Assembly (NCBI RefSeq): GCF_964204645.1
Contig: NC_134027.1
Coordinates: 22,654,560-22,718,559, forward strand
Length of the DNA: 64,000 nt
Direction: 5' to 3'
Source of the DNA: Tubulanus polymorphus
Taxonomy: Eukaryota; Animalia; Nemertea
Shown: positions 1 through 10,900 of the stretch, one piece after another
How positions within the stretch are numbered: the first letter of the stretch is position 1
Layout of the letters: every line of letters starts with the position of its first letter
Notes under the pieces: model-generated
Database searches by the model: none
Told to the model about the DNA's origin: nothing
What the model saw: the letters and a program-made list of their open reading frames with translations, nothing else
Program-made: the position numbers and the translations under genes

Positions 1-670
1 GCCAGATTTTCTTCACCGTCAAATTTGCTTTCTTCGCTTTTTCGTTCAGGACTTCTAGAAATCCGAAGTTGCTTCCGAAACTGAAAACAGCGCGTCCGCC
101 CGGGCGCAGGTAGTCGCGAGCTTCAGTAATAAAACGACCGATAGCCTCGTACCCGCGATCGACCAATGACCGATCAAGGATGCTTAAATCGCCGACTTCA
201 CCAATCCGCTGGTAAAGATACGGCGGATGCCAGAAAATCAAATCGAACTTCTCGTCTTCACGAAGATTTTCGAAAACGTCGGAATATCGCACCTCTCCCG
301 GGACGGCGTGACGCTCGAAATTAACCTTAGTATTCTCTAAAGCTTGTCGGTTGATGTCGGTCGCCAGCACGTAGTTAAGCTTCGATTTATTGCGCAAATA
401 GTGAATGACACTGATGCAACCAGTCCCACATCCGATTTCTAGGAATCGAGCGCCGTCTACCGTTTGTTCCGGTAAGTTCAGCGCCATCGCGTCGTAGCCC
501 GGGTGATAATAGACGTCGGGAAAATTTACGAATTTTTCACCGCAGAACTCGAACTCGTGTCGGCCTCCATCTTCGGTAACCAACTTCTGATTCACGTCTT
601 GCAGACGTCGAGATTCTGCCAAAATCTCATCAGATCTCTCCAATTTTTTCTGATCCAAAGAAGTCGTCAT
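1..670 (-). CDS. Intronless class I SAM-dependent methyltransferase (HemK/PrmC-like, MTS fold), 3'-truncated by the window edge, nested in a laminin beta intron
   Basis: Manual translation from ATG 670 gives 223 uninterrupted codons: MTTSLDQKKL...GARFLEIGCGTGCISV (motif I)...YVLATDINRQALENTKVN (motif II)...RYSDVFENL..EKFDLIFWHPPY (motif IV variant)...EARDYLRPGGRAVFSF (LxPGG). No stop before position 1. Confidence 0.9.
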   Translation of the reverse strand, partial: MTTSLDQKKLERSDEILAESRRLQDVNQKLVTEDGGRHEFEFCGEKFVNFPDVYYHPGYDAMALNLPEQTVDGARFLEIGCGTGCISVIHYLRNKSKLNYVLATDINRQALENTKVNFERHAVPGEVRYSDVFENLREDEKFDLIFWHPPYLYQRIGEVGDLSILDRSLVDRGYEAIGRFITEARDYLRPGGRAVFSFGSNFGFLEVLNEKAKKANLTVKKIW

Positions 671-700
671 TTTGATAGTTTAAGCTTTATCGAGTTGAAA

Positions 701-735
701 CGAGTGATCGTAGCTCAGACAGTTCACATTATATA
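701..735 (-). promoter_or_regulatory. Putative core promoter of the methyltransferase (TATA box plus Inr-like site)
   Basis: Minus strand TATATAA at 735-729; Inr-like TCACT with its A at 705, 30 nt downstream; ATG at 670. Confidence 0.5.
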
Positions 736-962
736 CAATGTCTGATCTGATAAATATGTCTACTGTTCTAGTTTTTTTAATATCAAGTTCACTCTATGGT
801 GACTAGTGATTGAGTTCATCCGATAAGTCCAAGGTTCACCTCAGTAATTGGCAAACCATAAAGAAGCTACACGCCTCATAATTCACACCAAAATGACCTT
901 TTTGGGAACACAAATCTCGTGTCCGATCAACCCAATCTTCACGGGCCCTTGGAGGATAACCC

Positions 963-1326
963 TTAAGCCTAGCGCACATCGACACTGCGATTGGAGACAA
1001 CTAGTTGCTACCGAACGATTACCCCGCGCACATCGAAATCTAGTTACAACCGGTCAGTTGCAGCAACTGCATGGCGCGTGTCGATCGTCGAGATCCAGAG
1101 CGCGCACATTGACGGATATGACTGCGATTGAGTACAACCAGTTGCTCAAAAGTAGAACATGGGCAACTGGCTGGAACTGGAGATAGATCGACGCTTACCA
1201 ATCGTAAGCTCGCTCACATCGACACATTCAAGCAACTGATCGTATCCAGCCAGTTCCTCTCATGCGCCGTAAACTGCCTTGCAACCAGTTGTCTCCAATC
1301 GCAGTGTCGATGTGCGCTAGGCTTAA
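963..1326. mobile_element. MITE with long TIRs, TTAA on both flanks
   Basis: ttaa-GCCTAGCGCACATCGACACTGCGATTGGAGACAACT... and ...AGTTGTCTCCAATCGCAGTGTCGATGTGCGCTAGGC-ttaa. Confidence 0.85.
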
Positions 1327-1621
1327 GACATATGAATTCAAGATAATTGATCAAAGCCTTTTTAAAATTTTCCTTTGAAAATTAATGAATTTTAAGACGT
1401 GCGGATTTCGTCGAACAAGAATGACCCCACAATAATGGCCCCTAGGTGGCCATCTCGATTCCGATCGAGCAAGTTTACGGCATAAACATTGTTAAAAAAA
1501 AAATATCACGACAATCCACTGAAAGGTTTTCGAAACTTCCCAAATCACTGGATTCTGTCCATAGAAAAATGGACCGATCATGAATCAATTGCAGATCACA
1601 ATATACGTGATAAAACGATAA

Positions 1622-1831
1622 GAGTAAAATCCCACAATAAATGTATTAAATGATAAAATGTTTATTTAAAACATATGAGAAATATTTCGGGTGGTTACTA
1701 CCACCCTTCTTCAGTCTAAAATGAAGTCTTCTTTTAGACTGAAGAAGGGTGGTAGTAACCACCCGAAATATTTCTCATATGTTTTAAATGAACATTTTAT
1801 CATTTAATTCATTTATTGTGGCATTTTACTC
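1622..1831. repeat. About 210-bp palindrome made of two inverted Penelope-like termini, each with a hammerhead motif
   Basis: Arms of about 100 bp nearly perfectly complementary; each carries aga-CTGAAGA-a-GGGTGG-tagtaa-CCACCC-GAAA-T-ATT-tct. Degenerate copy at 24811-25022. Confidence 0.8.
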
Positions 1832-1956
1832 GTATGGACAGACAAACAAACTAACAATGCATACAGTAAATGCGATAGCCCTGAGTGAACTAAATCACAC
1901 CTCTTCAGAGTTATCTGGACAATCAAAAAGGAAGATCATCTTAAAATGTCTCATAC

Positions 1957-4900
1957 CTTCGACGTTGCTATCGCGAATGTCAGTCGCGTTGGCTTTCAAT
2001 TCTTCGGCCGTTTTTTTTAAAGCAATCAACCGCTCTTTTATATTCTCCACTCTGTTGTTAGTCGCCGCTATATCCAGCGTGTTATTCGTTAGTTTGTCGT
2101 CGATCGTGTTCAAAATTTCGTCGCTGTCCGTCAAGTTTTTCCTGCAATTATCGGTAGAGAGAAAATTTCACCGATGCCCTCGGATACGCAGTTGACGTCC
2201 TAAACTAACTACGATGCTAAGTGAAGAGAAAATAAATTTCTCGAACATTTCCCAGCTAAGAGGAAAACCTAAATGCTATTTATTCACCAATTAACCCTTT
2301 CAGTGCTGACTAATTAATACCCTATAGTGCTAGAGATAATTTGAAAATGTTTAAAAATTCCACCCTAGTGTGTTGAATAACGGAAATACCACTATAGTGC
2401 GTCTACACCGCGGCGCGGTGTATCATTAGTTAATAGTATTTCACCATGTCTGACAAGTGCTGCCATTTTTCAAGAGAGATAATTACTAATTACCTCAATA
2501 CATCGCAGTACGTTGTACTAGCAAAATCCATCACTGATTTATACACCGCAGTGCGGTGTAGACGCACTGAAAGGGTTACCGGTAATCTAAACCAACTTTT
2601 GAGCAGCGTGAAGGGATTAACCTTTTAACTCACCTGAGTTTTTCGAGTTTCATCTGTAGTTCATTAATATCGTTGAAGCTGACATTCGTATTGTGCAGAA
2701 TCATTTTAACCTCTTCCAGATTGTCCTCCATGGCTTTAAACTCCTTTTCGAATGCTCCCGGTGCGCCGGTTGTCTTTATATTCTTCGCGTCGTCCATCAA
2801 ACGATTGGTTTCGGCTTAAAAAGAAAAAAAAAACAAGTGAGAACTAAGTGAAAATCCATCCGGCGCAACTTTATCCGATGATTCTTCAAAATATCATTCT
2901 TAACCGAATAAACTTTTAAGTAAATCGCCAATCAAGTACATGGAGAGAGAGTAGAAAAGTCTATCCTATGTATCTTTTCATAGGTTTGTACGATAATATT
3001 TGGATTCAGGAGCTAAAGGTCCTACGTTAAAAGTTGATTGAAAATGAATCATTTTCATCAACGTAACAGACCCACTTTTAGTCACACCATCTGGTGATAG
3101 GATAGCCTGATTGTGCGAGAGCCCATAGAATTGAAAACAAAATTCTATATCGAAATCATGATTTTATAGTAAGTATGTAATTCAGCATGCAGTTCCACTG
3201 TTGTGAGTTGAAATTCGATCTCGTGGTTTAGTAATCGAAAATGTACTAATCATAACTCAAACCTACTTCAGAACTCTGTCCTGAATTCATTTCTACACTT
3301 GTGAAAAGAGTTTAAATCAGTCCAATTCTGAATGAGTTATCTCTGAGGTAATTCGAATTACATGTAAAAATGGGGAACTAGCTCCTGTTCTTCAGTAACG
3401 AAAAACTAAGGGGATAAAAGGCTTTTAAGCACGAATAATATATTAATAATAATTTATTGAGCCTAAAATCCATATAAAATATGCTCATTGGCTTTACAAT
3501 ATAAAGATACAATTTAAACATAAAGATAGAAAAAATAATTTATATCATTAGTTAAAAGCTTTAGTGAACAAATGGGTTGCGATTTAAAAACATCAGTAGA
3601 AGGACTAGATTTAATTGCATCTGGTAAGGAGTTGCAAAGTAGTGAGGCGGAGTAAGAAAAGGCCCTGTGACCCGCAGAGACTAGATTGACACGAGGGATG
3701 ACTAGAAGTGATTGACTGTTTGATCTTAACACTCTAGACGAATGCAAATTTTAGCTGATTTTAAACACCCCCTTTATTACGTACCCAATAATAGTGCAGC
3801 AGTATGTACACAGTGGCCAATTTTGAGCCCTCACTGCATCGATGCGTACGTACTAAATGAAATTCCCCGAAACGTCGTTTTGCCGTTTTGCTAAAAGATA
3901 CAATACCTCGTAAATCCTGAATGATTTTATCCCAGTTGTCGAAGCATTCTCCGCACGGGATACAGTTCGGCAGCGAGCCGGTCGTGCCGCGGTCGCACCT
4001 GTCGCACTTCAACCCGGTGACGCCCGAGTGACACAGACACTGCCCCGTGTGACGGTCGCATTGTAAAGTTTGCGAACCCTCGCGATTACATTCGCACGCT
4101 GAAAAATATAACGATTACGAAATTTCAGTTGAAATCGAGCTGAATTATCAACAAACATTGAACACTATTCTTGATATCATTGCGATAGAATATCAATTGA
4201 ATTTCCATCCCCTAACCTAGGTAGGCTAGTACGATAGGACGCCGCAAAGGATGATATTCGCTCGAGCGAGGACCCGCTTAGTGCATTAGTGTAGTAGGAC
4301 ATGAAATATTGTGACAATAGAGGATTCCACTTTTGGCAAGTGAGGATCCACCATGTGCGCTAGTGTACAATAGGATATCAACTACGGTGGCAAGTGAGAT
4401 TCCACCTGGTGCGTGCGCGCGCTAGTGTGCAGTTGGACATCAACTACTGTAGCAATGGATCATTTCCACTTGTGGCAAGTGAAGATCCACCAGGTGCACT
4501 AGTGTGCAATAGGACATCGATGTCGGATTTCTCCTCAGATTCAATCAAAATATATCATAAATGTACTCAAATTGGATGAAGACACCATTCAACAATGAAT
4601 CCAGGAGATCAATTTGAGTTTATCAAGGAACTAGATTTTTTCTATTTTTGACGTAGGGCGATTAAAAACATCCACGAAAATTGTTGAAAAAATAATGAAA
4701 TTTTGATTGAGTTTGTCGCAATCTCTGATGGGAAAGCTTCATAGGGTCGGTACGGCTATGTCATGGTTACTTACGCCTGCAGCCGACATCCGGGTTCATA
4801 GGTTCACCCCAGTAATCGGTCTCACAATCGCTACAAGTCCTACCACCTCGCCCTGGTTTACACGGACACTGACCATCAAACTACAAAAAAAGTTCACATT

Positions 4901-7900
4901 TAAGAAACTAAGTTTACCATAACGCACATTGTTAGCCGTCAACAAAACTCAGTCCACTCGAAACAATCCACTAGAGAAATTGTTGGTTCTCAATGCCCAG
5001 ATTTGGATATTCTCGTTGCTGCCCTTATTGGAACATGCGAAAACCATCTTAGGTTTCAAGCTATGATTCATTTTTTGAAGACAACATTAAACCAATGATT
5101 TTAATCATTTACGTTCTTAGTCTGAAGAATATTCCTATCAATGCAAACTGTGACGAGTCACAACATCCAGTTTCAAATACTCTTAAGTTTTACTCAAAAC
5201 CTGGCAGATCTAGTATCCTCAAATATCCAGCACTGCTTTGCTGGTCATTCCCCGGAAAATTTTGAAAAATAAATCTAATTTTCATGCATTCTAAGTATTT
5301 CTATACACTGTTTTATCATCTGATATGTTTGAAGTGTACAATGTTCTTAGACATGTATTGGTGCAAATATTCCAAGGGCCGGCTACATTGTCAAGACGTA
5401 AGGCCAAAAGTGATCTTAAACCTTAACACTGGTCTTAAGTTGTTAGATTGGCTATAGAACTTAGTTTGTCTTAGACCGGTCTTAAGTCTAAGCCCTGTCT
5501 AACAGGCCCCTGGGGGGAAGCACCTTAGATGTGCACCTGCTATAACGATACCAAAGGATCACATAAATGGGCTCCATCTATAATAATTCAGAGAAAACAT
5601 GTGAATACCTGGTTACATTGAGAATCTAACGAACCGTCAGGATCGCACTGACACGCCTCGCAACCCTGTCCGCTGGCGATGCGCCAATGATCGGCCTCGC
5701 ATCGGTCGCACCTCGGTCCGATCACGTGCGGTAAACACGGGCATTGTCCCGTGATACGGTCGCAAACGCCACCCGCCGGATCCGTTCCCAATACGTCGCA
5801 AATACAAGCTGAAATAATCATAGATCAATCAGTAGTTATATTCTTCTTGTTTAATCAATTGTTATCCAGACCACATTTCTAATATTCCATAGCTTCAGAC
5901 ACAAAACTTAACATTTCATTTAACTTTTCCAAGCCTTCAACTTTTCCAGGACTAGCGCAAATATAATTAATATTCTTCTTACCTTGACAGCTATGTTGCG
6001 TAGCGTCGCCGTAAAAACCAGATCGGCATTTCTCGCAGCTGAAGCCTTGCGTGTTGTAGAGACATTTCTTGCACTCGCCGGTCGTCGCGTCGCAGCTTCC
6101 CGGGTCCTCGAAGTCGATGTTATTGTTACAGATACAGCGTTGACACGTGCCGCCCGGAATCAACGGATTGCCGAAATAGTTATCGGCACACCGATCGCAC
6201 GCATTGCCTAGAAACGATAACACAGCAATTCCGTTTATTCAATCAGAATACTGTAGATGAATTTAGATTGGCTGGTCAGAAGAACGGAGGATCGATCAGA
6301 TCATCCAATCGGAATAGAGGAATTTAGATTGATCAGTGAAAAAACACGAATCAATATCATGCTTAAATAGGAGTGGACTCCAGATTGCGCAAAAAGAAAA
6401 GTTCAGACAGTCCGATCAGAACAGAGGAATTTTGACTATCCAATCAGGGACGAGGATTTGAAATTGTCTAATCAGAACCGTTCAGATTGTCCAATCAGAT
6501 GTTTTCAATCTGAAGAGAGGAACTCAGATTGTCCAATCAGTTTTGCTTGTTAATGTAGATATGAATTTCTAAGAAACTTAAATTCTGCCAAACGAAGCTC
6601 CATTCTGGATCAACAAGTACAATTCCTTTAAAAAAAATCCTACAACAGTGCCATCAGCATAAACGTAGCTATGTAAAATCCACACAATACATTCTCAATT
6701 CTTGCACATATCAAACATATTTACCTATGAATCCTTGTTTGCAGTCGCACAGCATAGCCTCGGTAACGAGATCCAGAGTACAGGTGTCGGCGTGCTGGAA
6801 ACCGCTATCAGCGCCACCTGGACACATACACGGGCGACAAGGCGGGCCAACTCCGAGTCGGGGATCACCGAAATATCCAGTCAAACATCTAAACAATGGA
6901 AAGACGTACTATTAGTCATCAAATTCCCCATGTAACGAATGACATAATTTAGCTACTTAAAATCGAATTAAACCACAACTTTGGAGCTAGCACCAGATAC
7001 CAGTTTAATAGTTAAAATGGGACTCTTAGAGTTGATCTTAATTGAAAATGAACTTATTCAACACGAGTCATTATCCATAACTAAAGAAACAGTTGAATTA
7101 TTGCTAGTTGAACAAGTTCAATTCAAATTATGTTTGACAGCCATATGTATTATTAATTATGCCATAATCAATTACTAGTTATGGAGATTACTAATAATAG
7201 TAGCGGCAATTATGATTACTAATTATGGAAGCATCCATATCAATTAATTGAGTGAGTAGATAATTAATTAATTAAGGAACAACAAACTAAAACAAATCAG
7301 AGAAATAAATCAAAATGACAGTCTACCTATAAATACTGTTGTTTTTCTATTGACTATACTCATTCATCTGATGAAGCTTCTATTCATTAGAAGCGAAAGC
7401 TCATGCTTCAAATGAATAGTTAACCTATACAGTACTACTCGTCTCGTTACTTATTTTAAACATGGTTAACACGGCTACTCTACGAAAAATATTGAATTAT
7501 GGACGTAGCCATATTGAAAGCATACATACTTGTCACAGTAATGTCCCGAAGTCGAATCGCGGCAGTCGATACACTTTCCGCCGCGGTTCTCGCACGTATC
7601 CGCGTGGCCGTTGCACTCGCAACGTTGACAATCGGGGAAATTCCAGAATCCCGGCTGACACTCGTTGCAGTGCTGCCCGTACGCGTTCGCGATGCAGAAA
7701 CACTGTCCGTTGTTGACGTCGCAGAAGTTGTCGACGGAGCCCGACGTGTCGCAATCGCAGGCTGTAAATAAACAAATCGAGCTACGTAAGACGAGTGTTT
7801 TCAGTAAGAAATTAACAAGCCAGGTCCCTTCGAAAAACGAGGGGAGGGTCCCATAATATGTCAGACACTGAAACGAAAGCTGGTTTGAATAAACAGGTGG

Positions 7901-10900
7901 GTCCTTGAAAAACGACAGACGGGTCTGGGACCCGGGACCTGGCTCTCATTGAAAACACTGAAGACACAACGATGTTAACATCCTTACCAAACCCCTAAAC
8001 AACCGGAACTGCCTTTGGTTTACATCTATGACAAAATCAGGATTTGAATAATACCAAACTGTGAGTGAGTAATGACTTTCAAACACTCTTAAGTTTCACT
8101 TAAACATGGCTGAATCACAACTGATGCATCCGAGAATAATCCAAACCCACTCAAACATCCATAGAGCCTTATCCCAAGGGTTCTACAGTGAAACTTGCAT
8201 ACACTTATCATCCTCAGTCCTCACATTATATAAACTGTCTTTATTTAGGGACTCAATTTGTTTTCCTGATGCAAATTACTCAAGATTACTTCAGATATGA
8301 AAGTTAGGTGCCAATTTTAAACGACACAAACGAAGTCAACTGCCCTAGAATAGCGTGTTAGAATTAATAAGAGAGCTTTTCTCTGTTTACCTGTGCATCC
8401 GTTTGGTCCGAATCCGTAGGTACCGGGAGCGCATTGGTCGCATCGTCTGCCTATCACATTCGGTTTACACTGACACTGTCCTCCTAAAGTGTTACATTCG
8501 TTGCTCGTGGAACCCATCGGATCGCAATCGCATTCTACAAAATATCAAAAAGAAACTATTGTTAAAATGGAATAGAAAGTACTTCATTTCTTCTGACTAT
8601 CAAAGAAGACCTAGGTTAACTTGAATATCCAAAAAATATTAGCCTGGGGTCAGTTGCACAGTCGTGACTTAAGTCCAATAGTGGTCTTAAATCTTAAGAC
8701 TGGTCTTAAGTTATTAGATTGGTTATAGAACTAAGTTGGTCTTAGGCAGGTCTTAAGTCTAAGCCATGACTACGCAACCGGCCCCAGGTTTCATGTGCAC
8801 GTTCAAAGCTTGTATAAAGAACAGTATAAGTCCATCTTGATTCTATAGCCAATCTAACAACTTAAAACTCTTTTATGTCCATCTTGGTTCTATAACCTAT
8901 CTAACAACTAAAGACCATTCACAGTTCATTTCGGATCTACAGCTAAATGGACAACTTGACCAGTGTAAGTCTATTTCGGTTCCAATCTTCCAACTTAAGT
9001 CTTATAATGTTAAGAACACTTTTGAACTGTTCTACTGGGTCCGAGTGCTCGTTTAAGAACCTACCGCTAGCTTGTTGATGTATCGACGCAGAAATGCTGA
9101 AGAAAAACTTTTTACAAATTTCCGGTAAATCGTGTCGCAGGACCGACATGAGTAATTCTCGACACCGATAACGCTCGAATTCGATCTTATTCCGTTCGGC
9201 GATTTCCGACCCTTTGAACACCGGTATTCGATCAGACCTCGGAATCAACGCAATCTGAAAATACATCAACGAAATGAACGGATAGAATCAGGCTCAAACC
9301 CTGCAACCGGAAAATTGTGACGTTCTGAAGAAATCATCAAAACTCCATGAGGGAGGAATGTGTCAAGGTCTACAGATGCCATCAGATTCAACTCCCTGCA
9401 CAGGCAGAATATGGGAGTAGCACAATGTCTTCAAATTCAGGGACGCTTTCCTAGGGAGGGAATATCCCACTTTCCATCAGGTTTCCACTTTCCATCGGAA
9501 GAGAGGGAGGTCTAGAGAGAGGGATGAGGAAGGAGGTTAGAGGGAGAAGAGAGGGGGAGAATAAACTTACAGAATCAACCAGTATTCTAGCATCGGGCGT
9601 ATTCCTATCTGCTCTGTAGCGGCTAAAATCAATTTTGATTGTGTACGTGACTCCACGTTCTAAACAGGAACTCGGTGAAACCACGTAATATCTACTCCCT
9701 ACAACAGAAATAATACCAGTAAAATTGTGATCATTTTATAGACCCCCCTTTTTAACCCTGAGTTTAACCCCTAAACTGTTCAATAAATGGTGTCGAAGTG
9801 GCTCCTCCAGTGTTCAATTTAAATCTGGTGAGATTTTGCACTTTTCGAAATCTTTCAAAAAAAGGATATATGCCCTTAGAATATTATTCATTATGAACAG
9901 CAGACTGTATGAACAGAAAAATACCATTTTGATATTTTGAATCATTTCGGGGCCAATGGTGACCTGGGGGTAGGTTAGGAATCTTGAATATGCATAATCA
10001 GAGGGGAAATCGAATCATTGTCAGGACTTTTGATCAAACTGAAAATGGCAAAAATGTCTTTCAACTTTGGGATCCAGCCCGGGTCTCAGTCTGTTATAAT
10101 AGACGGATACCTGGTAGTTCCTTAAACCCCAAAACATTCTCTATTCATTTGACAGCAAGAAAATTAACATACATGGATATTTATCTTAACTGGGGCTTTT
10201 TCAGTACTACTTCTGAAAATAAGGTCTGAAAAATTTCAGTCCATTGAAAAACGATGTTTCGAATCACGAACCTGAAGGAAGACTCGCGTGTTTGTCGTCA
10301 TCTTGAGGGATACTGTTCGAACACGGTCCGACTTGGTTCACTTCGCCGGGTCGAGTCACGGTGACCCTGACGTCCTCCCATCTATCGGGCATCTATCACG
10401 ATGAAACCAGAGATAATATCAATGTTAATCCATTCAATGCTAATGCCTATCTTTCTAAAGCGCCATCTTGCCCTAACTGAACTAAGCTGTTCAAACATAA
10501 TGAACGATACCACACTTAATGATATCTTAGATTAATCATTCTAGCGGTTTTGAGATTTATCTAAATGAGATAAAATTTAGTCTGCTGGATTAATGAATGT
10601 GAAATCAATTGGTCATCATCTTCTACACTAGTCTTTCTGTCACGTTCCAAACATATCCGACTGATGGGGTTGGGGTTACAGATAAAGAAGACAGCAGCAT
10701 CCCATAAGATAACAGCAAATGGGGCTGCTGTCACGATGATCTGAATCCCAGGTTGTTTAGTAGACTCGGTTAGTGTTGTCTGGCTTGAAGCTTGTCTAGC
10801 CAACTGGGCTTTCATCAGATTAAGTTGGAAGATAAGACTGGTCAGATAGCGAAAGTTGTATCCCATCGGGAAAAAGGTGCTAGGCGCATGGAGGAGGATA

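Noticed and set aside
503-745. 80-aa plus-strand ORF
   Set aside because: Antisense shadow of the methyltransferase start; no recognisable motifs.
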